A stretch of DNA of 64,000 nt from NCBI RefSeq assembly GCF_006345805.1, contig NC_043011.1, positions 35,414,464-35,478,463 on the forward strand. The letters are read 5' to 3'. The notes beneath the pieces were generated by a model, which made no database searches, was not told the DNA's origin, and worked only from the letters and a program-made list of their open reading frames with translations. Positions 12,518 to 24,619 of the stretch are shown here, piece after piece; within the stretch, counting starts at the first letter, position 1; each line of letters starts with the position of its first letter. The translations under genes were made by a program, and so were the position numbers. This stretch comes from Octopus sinensis. Its lineage: Eukaryota.

Positions 12518-12597
12518 TTGAGGGAGAGTGCAGTGCATGCCATCAAAGTGACACTGAGGTATAAATATATGAAGCCCAATATACCCATCATGATTAC
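12518..12597 (-). mobile_element. Family E 3'-end fragment
   Basis: gagggagagtgcagtgcatgccatcaaagtgacactg. Confidence 0.8.
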
Positions 12598-12839
12598 TTA
12601 TCTAATAAGAGTACACCAGACACATTATGATTAAAATTATTATCATTGTTATTATTATTAGTTCTTCTTCTTTCAGTTTCATTTCCGCTTCTTGCTGAGT
12701 GTCTTCCCAACACTTAAAGCAAAGAAATTCATTGCATACATTGTTAGGCCCTTGAAATAACACATCAGATTATTCATTTACAAAATCAAATAAAGTTACA
12801 TAGAAACAAAAATATCATCATCATTATTATTATTATTAC

Positions 12840-12884
<45 letters not shown>

Positions 12885-12910
12885 CATCATCATTATTATT
12901 ATTACTATCA

Positions 12911-13325
12911 AGGTGGCGAGCAGGCAGAATTTCTAGCATGACAGGTGAAATGCTCAATTGTATTTTGTTTGTCACTACGTTCTGAGTTCAAATTCTGCCA
13001 AAATCAGCTTTGACTTTCATCCTTCAGGGGCTGATGAAATAAGTACCAGTTAAGAGCTGAGGTTGATTTAATCAATTATCCCCCTCTCCCCAATTCCAGG
13101 TCTGATGCTTATAGTATAAAGGATTCTTCTTCTTCTTCTTCTTCTTCTTGTAATTAAAGCAGCATATCAACTGCCTTTATATTCTGAGTTCAAATTCTGC
13201 CTAGGTCGATTTTTACCTTTTATCCTTTTGGGGTCAAAAAAATTAATTCCAGCTGGGGTCAATATAATTGACTTACCCCTTACCCAAAATTGCTGGCCCT
13301 GAGCCAATATTTGAAACCATTTTCA
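12911..13325 (+). mobile_element. Two tandem SINE family A copies
   Basis: aaggtggcgagcaggcagaa...gttctgagttcaaattctgcc repeated at ~12980 and ~13182. Confidence 0.8.
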
Positions 13326-13623
13326 AGTAGGAGAGAAAGAAATGGAGCGGGCACTTGCTCCAAGGGTTTCAGGGAAATCTCAGACAGTGGGGTTCCTCAG
13401 TTATGCCTAGAGGCCTTCCTGTTTCAGGAGGGCCACATCTCTATCATCCTCCCTACCATTTTTTAAAAACTTTTGTATGCTATGCATGTGTCCCTTCCTT
13501 TTCAGTGTATATCATATATACTTACATTTTTCTTTCTTTTTTTTATTGAGACAGACAAAGAGCATGGGGGCAAATAAATGAAATCATCATCATCATCATT
13601 ATTATTATTATTATTATTATTAT

Positions 13624-14199
13624 TCTATGTTTGACTTCTGCTTTACATTTGTATAAGTTGGCTCCAAGTCTCACCCAGAGACCTCAAGAGACAACAGGTT
13701 AGAAGTTCATGCTGGTGTTATGCCTAAGGTGCAAAATATTTAGTTTTGTACATAGTGTTGTACTAGAGAATATTTAAGAAACCATAAGAAAAACCATAAG
13801 AAAATTATGTGTTTGTTTTAAAACTTGAGATTACATAGTCAGTATTTTATGTAGGATATGGGCAGTTTCCATGAGCAGTATCTTTTGAATTTCTGCCATT
13901 TTGGGGTTTCCTGGTATTTGAGCTAGGTAGCAATCAGCCCCTTTTGCTATCATTCCCAGGGCACCTATGGCAACAGGTATTGTTTTAGTCTTCAGGTTTC
14001 ACATTTTGCTGATTTCTATTTCAAGATCTTTATATTTGCTCAGTTTTTGGTAGGTTTTGACAGATACGTTTATATCGATTGGGACAGTCATATCAATGAC
14101 GAGGCATGATTTTTGTCTGAAGTCTTTCAATATGATGTCTGGCCTATTTGCATCTATCTTTCTGTTACTTTGAATGGTGAAGTTCCAGAGGATATTACG
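13624..14199 (-). mobile_element. R4/Dong-clade LINE, lineage B: REL endonuclease domain and 3' UTR, 5'-truncated
   Basis: RNILWNFTIQSNRKIDANRPDIILKDFRQKSCLVIDMTVPIDINVSVKTYQKLSKYKDLEIEISKM (RPD..D..VP restriction-like motif), then TIPVAIGALG; both ends abut (AAT)n. Confidence 0.9.
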
Positions 14200-14223
14200 A
14201 TTATTATTATTATTATTATTATT

Positions 14224-14778
14224 GAGTGAGAGAGCAGTGCATGCCATCAAAGTGACACTGGGGTAAAATATACGAAGCCCAATATACCCATCATGACTAC
14301 CCGTCTGATAAAGGTACACCAGGCACATGCATCACAACCATATGTGCGCGACATGGTGATCTCATATCAAGATAAACAGCACATGACCTTGCAGGTGGGG
14401 CCCAGTTAGAATTTTCTTCAGGTTGAGTAGCCCATCCCGCTCAAAAGGTCTCTGAATAAGGGTTGTTTAAGGATGTTGAAAGAACCACCCATGTTTCCAG
14501 AGGTGAATTATTCAAACCCCAAAGAATCCCCCCCAACACATGGCCATGATGCTCCCCCACTACTTCTGCTCGTGATCAGAGATGCACATATCGTCAGCCA
14601 CTAAGGGACATGCTCAACTGGTTAAGGTCAAACAACTGACAATCAAATCTGTGGTATTGAGCAGAATATTTGCTGTAGCCCATCTTTTATACCAAGACAA
14701 AACAATGTACATGATAACACTTCCAATCAGTTAAGATCAGAAGCCATGAGAGCCACTGCCTGGTACTGCATCAGGGCA

Positions 14779-14779
<1 letters not shown>
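14224..14779 (-). mobile_element. Family E, apparently full length (~555 bp)
   Basis: Longest of seven copies; (ATT)n on both sides; no tRNA boxes or ORF recognised. Confidence 0.88.
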
Positions 14780-14865
<86 letters not shown>

Positions 14866-14974
14866 ATGGCAGAAGTTACTTTTGCCGATTGATAATCGGG
14901 GAAAAAATTAGAATATATATATTCACGTTCTGAGTTCTGTTTATCTGCTTTTAAAATAACAGTTTCTGATTTAG

Positions 14975-15170
14975 GTATAAAGACAATAATTTTTGAGGGA
15001 GAAGTTGAGCTGACACCATAGACCCCAGTTATTGACTGATACTTTAATTTATGAACACCAAAATGATGAAAGCTAAAGTCGATCTCTGTGTGATTTGAAC
15101 TCAGAATATAAAGATTCCAAAGAAACACTACAAAGTATTTTTACCAGTGCTCTAATGATTCGGCCAGCTC
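14975..15170 (-). mobile_element. SINE family A, degraded
   Basis: gatgaaagctaaagtcgatc...tttgaactcagaa...attcggccagctcac. Confidence 0.7.
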
Positions 15171-15498
15171 ACAAAATCATAATAATCAGCTTGGTGAAAG
15201 CCAGAATGCCTTTCATCTCAGGTCAGCTGGATCATGCTGCTCTGGGGCTAAAGAAGAAGAAAAACAAAACTAATAATGAAAAATATATAAAAACGTGACA
15301 AATTTATTTTTGGTAGGAATTGAACTCTTATTTCCTGGTTGGTATACTTATGTTTTAAATGTACACAGTGTTTGTTTTATGAATGCTGATTGTATTTGTT
15401 TAAACGATTCTAAGATTGAAAAGGAAAACAAACAAATTTTATGTTAGTTTTCTTTTTATCTAAATTGTATCTGAAGAGAGAAAGAGAAGAGAAGGGAA

Positions 15499-15532
<34 letters not shown>

Positions 15533-15669
15533 GAGAATCAAGAAGAAAGAGAGAAAGAAAGAAGGAAAGGAAAAACACCAGCAAAATTGAAAGTATCTTG
15601 CCAGCATCAAAACAAAGTTAATCCGAGGATAATTCATCATAGAATACGATGTCACATTATGATGCTCTC

Positions 15670-15826
15670 CAAACAATATATATATATATATGTGTGTGTG
15701 TGTGTAAATATATATATATATATTATGTATATATAAATTATGTATATATAAATATATATATGTATATGTATATATAAATATATATATATGTATATGTATA
15801 TATATGTATATATATATGTATATATA

Positions 15827-15896
<70 letters not shown>

Positions 15897-16111
15897 CATA
15901 CATACATACATACATGTATACATATAGATACAATATACATGTACACATACATATATGCATACATATATACACATATATATACATATACATACATGCACAT
16001 ATACATACACATATATATATGAGTGTGTGTGCATATATATTTGTTATATGTATATATATATATATATATATACACATTCATATATATATGCACACACATA
16101 TACATATACCG

Positions 16112-16199
<88 letters not shown>

Positions 16200-16412
16200 C
16201 ATACATACATACATACATGTATACATATAGATACAATATACATGTACACATACATATATGCATACATATATACACATATATATACATATACATACATGCA
16301 CATATACATACACATATATATATGAGTGTGTGTGCATATATATTTGTTATATGTATATATATATATATATATACACATTCATATATATATGCACACACAT
16401 ATACATATACCG

Positions 16413-16454
<42 letters not shown>

Positions 16455-16580
16455 TATATATATATATATATAGATATGCTTATACTGATACATATATACA
16501 TATACATTCATACACACATGCATACACACAAATATATAACTGTATACACGCACACACACATATATGTATATATATATGTA
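15670..16580. repeat. Compound TA/CA microsatellite containing a 303-bp tandem duplication
   Basis: gatacaatatacatgtacac at 15927 and 16230; ORFs 15410-16378 and 15788-16717 are translations of it. Confidence 0.9.
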
Positions 16581-17319
16581 TGTCTGCCAATTGCTTATCC
16601 CTGCTTAATTGCTTATATGGAAAGAAAAAAGAAAGTAATTATCAGTTTCCTCGATTAAGTTTATTTTATTCAAAGAACATGAGGAGAATGCGAGCATTCA
16701 TTAGACGAATACTATAAATTTCTGTTGCATAATGTTTTGATGGGGATAATCATGTACTTTTACGATAAGACACACAGAATACTATCTCTGATATGTTACT
16801 TGCAGCAATTATTAGACTGTGGCCATGCTAGAGCACCACATCGAAGAACTCTTTAGTTGAAAGTATTGGCACCATTACTAATCTTTTTTACTTTTAATCT
16901 CAATACTTATTCTTTGACCAAACTGCTAAGTGACAGGGAGGTAAATGAATGTAAACAGAGATTGGGGACAAACACTGACACACACACACACACATATACA
17001 CACACATATATGACTTATTTTTTCTGTATGTTTATAAAAGCTAGAAAATTTCACTTTATACATTAATTACCATATGTGTCCATTGGACCCTTGAATTAAA
17101 TTCAGGCAATACTCTTGTCATTCTAAACAGAATAAAAACAGTATCAAATATTATTTTCCCAGATATTTATCAGATATAAAATAGATAAAATTGTTTTCAA
17201 TTTATTTGCAGAATTTTAGATAAAATAGGAAAAAATTATGAAAATATTCCTATAAATTTGCGTGGTATTGCATCACGTTCAATCTGCTAGGTTATAGGGT
17301 GATGCAATATTTCTATGTG

Positions 17320-17740
17320 CTGAAGGTTGCGAGCTGGCAGAAACATTAGCACGCTGGGTGAAATGCTAAGCGGTATTTTGTCTGCCACTACATTCTGAGT
17401 TCAAATTCCGCCGAGGTCAACTTTGTCTTTCATCCTTTCAGGGTTGATTAAATAAGTACCAGTTATGCACTGGGGTCGATATAATCGACTTAATCCATTT
17501 GTCTGTCCTTGTTTGTCCCCTCATTGTGTAGCCCCTTGTAGGCAGTAAAGAAATAAGAAACATTAGCACGTCGGACATTATTTTATCTGTCTTTACATTC
17601 TGAGTTCAAATTCCGCTGAGGTCAACTTTACCTTTCATCCTTTCGGAGATGATAAATTAAATATCAGTTGTGTACTGGGTCAGTCTAATCAACTGGCCCC
17701 CTCCCCCAAAATTTCGGGCCGTGTACCTAGAGTAGAAAAG
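17320..17740 (+). mobile_element. Dimeric SINE family A with 14-bp TSD
   Basis: aatatttctatgtg at 17306-17319 and 17741-17754; two ttctgagttcaaattccgc modules. Confidence 0.92.
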
Positions 17741-17872
17741 AATATTTCTATGTGATAATGCAATTCTTACAATATAGTGCATCATCTTTCAGGAGAGTAT
17801 AAATATGTGAAAGAGCAATATCTGCCTTTAGTTTGCTACCAAGTTTCATATAGTTCAGTTGTGCTTTCCAAT

Positions 17873-19859
17873 ATACCTAGACATGAAAACTTCATCATCA
17901 TCATTGTTCGACCGTGGTCGAGACTTTCATAGTCTTTTCAAATGGCTAATAATGTGTGCGCGCACCACTACTACACACATTGGAAAGCATTGTACAACCA
18001 AGTACTAAAGAAGATCTTTCCTCCTCCATGAAACAAAGCTGTTCCCGCTGGATGTCAACCCAGTATTTCTAAGCTACGGACCCAGTGATTTATTGTAAGG
18101 TTATCTCCCTAGATAGATTGCCTTCACTACGGCTAAGGAGCCCTTTCTACCCCATGAAAACTTGAGTGAAGACCAAAATCGAATTATTGGAATTAGATGA
18201 AGAATGGAAAGAAGATAGTAGTGATTCCTTCTGTTACCCTGAAGAGGATGGTGAAAGTGATTGTGTGCTGGACAGTTTAGGTTCTGTGTCATCAGATGAT
18301 GAAGATACTCAAAAACAATTTATCTGCAAGCCATCCAATTATGAATGAGCAATATGTTTCTAGAGACAGACAAGAAGTTTGGCATTCTAATCCTCCTACT
18401 CAAGCAGCAGTAAGAACTTCATAATGCAATATTGTTCTCCAAGAATGCGAACCATCTCATTTGCTAAAAGGTATTGCGATAGCATTGAAACATATTTTAC
18501 TATTTTTATGCACCAGAATCTTCTTGAAGTAATTCGTAAATGGACAAATGTTGAAGGTCAGGTTGTTTAAAAAGATAAATGGAAGGAAATTGATCATTCT
18601 GAACTAAAGAAATTTATTGGACTGATTATTCTTATAGGTGTTTATAAATCTAAACATCAAAATGTCACACAATTATGGAGTGAAGAAGATTGCTGCCCAA
18701 TATTCAACAAAATTATGAGCCAGGGAATATTTCAACAGATTTTACAAGTATTGCACTTTGATGGTACTAGTGCAAGAAGAAAAAAGAGAAGTGATGATAA
18801 ATTGGAGCCCATAAGAGAAGTATTTGAAATGTGGAATCAGAATTTGGAAGATGGATATGCTTCCAGTTCATGCATGACAGTTGATGAACAATTAGTTTCA
18901 TTCAGAGGGTACTGCCCATTCTGAATGCATATTCTTTCAAAACCAGGGAAAAATGGAAATAAAATTTGGGCAATATGCAACAGTGAAACATCTTATACCT
19001 GGAAAATGCATATCTACACTGGAAAAGACTCAATAAAAGGGAGAGAGAGACAAATCAAGATTCAAGAGTTGTTGACGATCTAATAAAAGAACTTGAAAAT
19101 ACTGGTCGCAATATAATTTGTGCTAACTTTTTTACAAGTCTAAGTTTGATTCAAAAGCTGCTTAGCAAGAAAACTACTTTAGTTGGAACAATTAGTAAGA
19201 ACAGAGATGAACTTCCAAGTGCTTTCACAAATAGAAAAGAAAGAGAAATCAACAGCACAATATTTGAATTTCAAAAAGATTTTATGATCCTATTTTACTG
19301 TCCCAAGAAAAATTGTGTAATCACACTTATGAGTACAATACTCTCAGCCTTCAATTGATTAAAAAAGTGCTGAAAAGAAAACCTCAAGTGATTACATGTT
19401 ACAAAAAAAACAAAAGGAGGAATAGATACCCTAGATAAGTTGGTAAGGACATTCACTTGTGACAGAATGACTCAAAGATAGCCTATGGTCATATTCTACA
19501 ACAGGATTGATATAAGTGCAGTGAATGCTTTCATTGATGCTAAACAGCCTCACTTGCAAAGTTTCAAGGATAAAAGAAGACAGTGCCTAATTCAGTTAGG
19601 AAAGGAACTTGCTGGAGGTAATGCTAAACAAGAACATGACAAACGATCTTCTAGTTCCGCTAACATTTCTCAACCAAACTATAAAAGAAGACAATCTTCA
19701 ACCTCATTTCAGAGTCCTTAGCCAAAGAAAAAAGGAAGATGTTCTTTGTGAAGCCCAAAAAAAGACAGGAAAACTCGTACTACATGTAAAAATTGTAATA
19801 TCCATGTTTGCCAAGAACATTCCAATGTTGTCTGCATTCACTGCAATGAAGAGCTGTAA
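17873..19859 (+). pseudogene. piggyBac (PGBD4-like) DDD transposase, multiply disrupted
   Basis: TVDEQLVSFRGYCPF, SKPGK, ANFFTS, LVGTISKNR, TKGGIDTLDK and a C-terminal Cys-rich tail ending HCNEEL*; stops, frameshifts and an insertion at 17893-18152. Confidence 0.92.
17893..18152 (-). mobile_element. 260-bp non-autonomous retroelement with (GAT)n tail and 11-bp TSD, no tRNA head
   Basis: catgaaaactt at 17882-17892 and 18153-18163; minus 3' end ...gaacaatgatgatgatg; interrupts the transposase N-terminus (PRHEN|LSEDQ). Confidence 0.8.
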
Positions 19860-20081
19860 TTCTGTATTTTTGTAATCTTTTAAATTTATAATATATTCTG
19901 TAAGCTGTACTTTTTAAATTAAAATTTGTGAAAAACAATAATTCTTCATTTGCCTGATAACATATATAACGTAGCTAAGAAATAGGGGTAGTTTGAATAA
20001 AATTTAATTAAAAGAAAAATATTGGGTCCATTGGACCCAGTTGGTAATCAGTGACATACATTTTCTCTGGTAGGCCAAGGG

Positions 20082-20337
20082 TTAAGGATGATGAACGAAA
20101 CACCCGTGTTTCCAGAGGTGAATTATTCAAACTCCAAAGAATTCCTATCAACACATGGCTCTGATGCTTCCCTACTACTTCTGCTTGCAATTAGAGATGC
20201 ATATATTGTCAGCCCCCAAAGGACATGCTCAACTGGTTAGGGTCAACCAACTCTGTGGCATCAAGCAAATCTGTGGTATTGAGCAGAATATTTGCTGTAG
20301 CCCATCTTTTATACCAAGACAAAAGAATGTACATGAT
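20082..20337 (-). mobile_element. Family E half copy starting at the TTAA adjoining the piggyBac end
   Basis: ttaaggatgatgaacgaaacacccgtgtttccagaggtgaatt matches the family E interior right after gggttgtTTAA. Confidence 0.85.
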
Positions 20338-20345
20338 TATTATTA

Positions 20346-20700
20346 TTCAGTAGTATATTTTTTATATCGTGCTTTCACTTCACTACTGAGCACAGCTCTG
20401 TGTGCCTTGGGTATGTGCTGTGATTTGATGTGATGCTCTGATGGTTATTGTATGTAAGTGTTCTGCGTAGGATGTGTGCAGTGCCTAGTAGTGCAATTTT
20501 CTGTATGTTATATGTGTTTGTAAGTCCTGGTGTTTTTGTTATGTATTTGTCTGAATATTTTTTTATCATGCCTAATGCACCTATTATGATAGGAATTGTT
20601 TCTGTTTTTAGATTCCACATTCTGGCTACCTCTATTTCCAGGTCTTTGTATTTTGAAAGTTTCTCCATTTCTTTTAGAGACACATTGTCATCCGCTGTCA
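20346..20700 (-). mobile_element. R4/Dong-clade LINE 3' end, lineage A
   Basis: ORF 20375-20701: EKLSKYKDLEIEVARMWNLKTETIPIIIGALGMIKK...QKIALLGTAHILRRTL. Confidence 0.9.
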
Positions 20701-21138
20701 TTATTATTACTATTATTATTATTATTATATTATTATTATTATCATTATTATTATTCTGTCAAAATGACTACCAAACCACAAACTTTATGCACAACAAAAC
20801 ATTGAAACAACTAATGAAGAAAGATGAATGACACAAAAACAAAACAGAAGAACAAAAGGAAGAAAAATAAACTTAAACTTATTTAAATGAACAATTAATA
20901 CCTAAAAAATATTCCAAACAGTCAAACAAATAATTTTGAAGACATCAATACAATGAAACAGTGGTGATATTTGCATTTTAAATCTCTTATGCATTGAAGC
21001 AAATAGGACAGAATTTTTTGGTCTACCACAGTTCCAAGAAAGAAATAGTAGTTGGGGGAATTTTCTAAGACCAAACACTGTTTTTCTTTTTTGCTGCAGG
21101 TGGTAATCCAAGAGAGAACAATAGGAAAAGTATATATA

Positions 21139-21554
21139 GGCGCAGGAGTGGCTGTGTGGTAAGTAGCTTGTTTACCAACCACATGGTTCCGGGTTCAGTC
21201 CCACTGTGTGGCACCTTGGGCAAGTGTCTTCTACTATAGCCTCGGGCTGACCAAAGCCTTGTGAGTGGATTTGGTAGACGAAAACTGAAAGAAGCCCGTC
21301 GTATATATGTATATATATATATATATATATGCACGTGTGTGTGTTTGTGTGTCTGTGTTTGTCCCCCTAGCATTGCTTGACAACCGATACTGGTGTGTTT
21401 ATGTCCCCGTTACTTAGCAGTTCAGCAAAAGAGACCGATAGAATAAGTACTGGGCTTACAAAAGAATAAGTCCCGGGGTCGAGTTGCTCGATTAAAGGCA
21501 GTGCTCCAGCATGGCCGCAGTCAAATGACTGAAACAAGTAAAAGAGTAAAAGAG
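21139..21554 (+). mobile_element. SINE family B, full length
   Basis: ggcgcaggagtggctgtgtggtaag...gtaaaagagtaaaagag. Confidence 0.92.
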
Positions 21555-22223
21555 TATCTGTGGCTTAAGAAAAAAATAGCACTGGATTGAACTTACTTTC
21601 ATGACAGAAATTACATCCAAACTCTTGAAGAAGAAATCTACTGAACCAGAACAGGAAAAGAAACGTTATGGCACTAACTATTGTACTTTCAAGACCAAAG
21701 ATTCAACAGAAACACAGGTGGAAATTGTTAGGTATACCTCCAACCAAGCACTTGTGCTCTGGTACATAATGTAAAGAAATACAGGAGTGATAATTAAAGA
21801 CATTAAAAGCAATGTAGATTAGTGGCTGATCGTTACTTTTCATTTGGCAGTATGGATGAGTGTTTAAAGAAGGGATAACAAGAGCTGACATGGGGTTATG
21901 ATATATCAAAATTGACTTGTGAGTTCTAATGATACCCAAAGGTCATAAAGCCATACTGGTGCTGTGTTTGGTTAAGGATGCTGAGATGACTGACATAGGG
22001 TTAATGACACAGGGCAAAATTTCTAGTTGCTATATTTGTCATTGTTTGAAACACTTCAGAGCTAGTTTATCCAGAAGAACTAGAAGACTAAGCAAGAAAA
22101 CAAGAAAGAAAAGCAATAGAAACCAGACGATGGAGCAACAAGAGTAATGAATCCCAGTTTCCAGAGAAACATCAGTCAAAATTCTGGGAATAGCAAGAGA
22201 AATTATTGTATTTTAACATGTAT

Positions 22224-22390
22224 AAGGAAACCCCTTTATCTCAAAATTTAGGTTAAAAAATATGGGAGTTTCTTATACATGGATAATATTATAATTATAA
22301 TCCCTTACAAAATTTTTTTCTAAATTTTAAGCCCACAAAATTAAGGGGTTCCTTATACATGAGGGTTTCTTATACAAGTTAAAATATGGT
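22224..22390 (+). mobile_element. Probable pogo-like DNA transposon terminus
   Basis: Repeated cttatac motifs ending ...aaaatatggta, resembling the ...aaaatacggTA end of pogo-type elements. Confidence 0.4.
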
Positions 22391-23277
22391 ACTTTATGCC
22401 CAGTCCTAGAAACAAACTTGCAAATATCTCATCTCTTAACAGTAGCAATCAATATCAAAAACTCATTATTGTGTGATGAAAGGAAAATAACAGTTATCAT
22501 CATAAACATTTAAGATCTTTGTTTCACGCTGATGTGAGTATAATGATGTGACATGATCTGATGGGTCCAAGGAGAGAATTATGGTCCATTGTCTCCGTTG
22601 GCAAGGTTTCTACAGCTGGATGCACTTCTTCAGTATATACTGGGTGCTTTCTTTGTCCCAATAGCACTAATGAGGTCACTGTTCAGCATACAGGACTGCA
22701 AAACTTCGAACAGAAGGTTTAATACAGAAAGATGAGTGGTCACAGTATGAGAGATGGGTTACTGAGAAAATGAAAAAAAAACTGTCAAACAAATCACTCA
22801 AGAATTAAACCAGTTATCTTCTAGTTATCAGTGTTGTCTAGCATTTACACATCCAGTAATATATTTTACATTTTACATACAGTTTAGCTAGAGTGGTATT
22901 CCCTTCATCGGCTGTTGGTTAGAAGTCACAATAGTTTTGATACTTTTTGACAGTACTGCTATCTAGAACATTGTCAAGGAGCATAATACTACCATCAAGT
23001 GTGCACCATTTTGGTGTACACCATAACACACAGGCTTTTCTTCATTATCAAACCAAATGCAGTTATAAACCACTAAAAAATGCAGCAATAATTTCATTTT
23101 TATATTTACTGAGAATATATTCCTTGTTCTTAGATTAAGTATCTCTCTTACATATTTCTGGCATATTTATAATAAAGCATTTCCTGGTTTGCTCTTCAGT
23201 TTGCAAGGCACTATTCTACTGTCTTTCTTAAGTTAAACAGGAATGAAGATGTAGGTTTAACTTCAAATGCACAACTG

Positions 23278-23435
23278 CTGCTGCCGCCGCCTTCGCCTCC
23301 ACTGCCACCTCCACCGCCGCCGCCGCCTCCCCCACCTCCGCCACCGCCCCTGCCGCCTCCTCCACCACTGTCTCCACCCCTGCCGCCGTCACCCCTCCTC
23401 CTCCTCCTCCTCCCCATCATCATCATCATCATTGC
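23278..23435. repeat. GC-rich (CCN)n then (CAT)n low-complexity tract
   Basis: ccgccgcct/ccacctcca runs; G-rich on minus. Confidence 0.9.
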
Positions 23436-23789
23436 CACCAGAAGGAATGAAATAGCTATACATGAAATTCAAATGAAGCAGTGAAGTGAAGAAAGACACA
23501 AAGAAAGGAAAGAAAAGCGAAAGAAAAGAAAACAGAAAAAGAAAAGAAAGGAAAGGAAAATGAAAAGAAAAAGAGAAAAGAGAAAGAATTCCTAACGATG
23601 AAATAACAGTGTGTTTATCAGTAAATGCATTTGGTTTTGACACTGATGAACTCAATTATAGCAGTTTTCCCCTCGGTGGACATAGCATGTTATTGCAGAG
23701 AGAATTCTGATTCCTTACCAATTCCAAAGAAGAAGAATATACCCAGAATATAAAGGTTCCATTTGATAAATGACGAGCTGATCTTTAAT

Positions 23790-24610
23790 GGGTGAAAGAG
23801 AGAGAGAGGGGGTGAGAGATAAGGAGGAGAGAGAGAGTGGGGCAGAGAGAGGGGAAGAGAGAGAGAGAGGAGAGAGAGGGGAGAGAGAGAGGGAAGAAAG
23901 AGATAAGTGAGAGAAAGGGGAAGAGAGGGAGGGGGAGAGAGAGATAAGGAGGAGAGAGAGAGTGGGGCAGAGAGGGGGAAGAGAGAGGGGAAGAGAGAGA
24001 GAGAGGAGAGAGAGGGAAGAAAGAGATAAGTGAGAGAAAGGGGAAGAGAGAGAGGGGGAGAGAGATAAGGAGGAGAGAGATAAGGAGGAGAGAGAGTGTG
24101 GGGCAGAGAGAGAGGGGAGAGAGAGAGGAGAGAGAGGGAAGAAAGAGATAAGTGAGAGAAAGGGGAAGAGAGAGAGGGGGAGAGAGATAAGGAGGAGAGA
24201 GAGAGTGGGGCAGAGAGAGGGGAAGAGAGAGAGAGAGAGAGAGAGGAGAGGAGGAGGGAAAGAAAGAGATAAGTGAGAGAAAGGGGAAGAGAGAGGGGGG
24301 AGAGAGATAAGGAGGAGAGAGAGAGTGGGGCAGAGAGAAGGGAAGAGAGAGAGAGAGAGAGGAGAGAGAGGGAAGAAAGAGATAAGTGAGAGAAAGGGGA
24401 AGAGAGGGAGGTAGAGAGAAGGGAGAAAAGAGAGAAGTGAGAGAGAGAGAGAGAGAGGGTGAAAGAAGAGAGATATAGGGGAGGATATGACAGAAAGAAA
24501 TAGGGGAGATAAAGGAGAAAGAGAAAGAAGAGAAAGGAGAAAGAGGGAGAAGAGAGATATAGAGGGAGAAAGGGTAAAGAGGAGAGAGAAAGAGAAGGAA
24601 GAAAGGAATA
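23790..24610. repeat. Polypurine higher-order repeat, ~120-bp unit x5
   Basis: gaaagagataagtgagagaaagggg near 23895, 24019, 24140, 24262, 24375; ORF 23715-24620 is its L/S-rich translation. Confidence 0.85.
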
Positions 24611-24619
24611 ACTTCCTCA

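Larger units (their letters stand above)
17030..20081 (+). mobile_element. piggyBac transposon remnant with intact right terminus
   Basis: Right end ...ggtaggccaaggg followed by TTAA (20082-20085); subterminal palindrome tgggtccattggaccca (20023-20039); degenerate left counterpart attacc..tgtcccattggaccc (17066-17091); left boundary approximate. Confidence 0.75.

Noticed and set aside
14224-14779. HDV-like ribozyme in family E
   Set aside because: Candidate P1 and P2 pairings exist, but L3, P1.1 and J4/2 could not be fitted
15410-16717. 322-aa and 309-aa ORFs
   Set aside because: YIYI/HTHT translations of TA/CA repeats, open on both strands
21560-23240. Coding remnants
   Set aside because: Stop-rich in all frames; no motif identified with confidence beyond the possible pogo-like end
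23278-23455. Poly-proline, formin FH1-like reading
   Set aside because: No start or convincing splice context, runs into (CAT)n, and similar CCN tracts are non-coding elsewhere in the window
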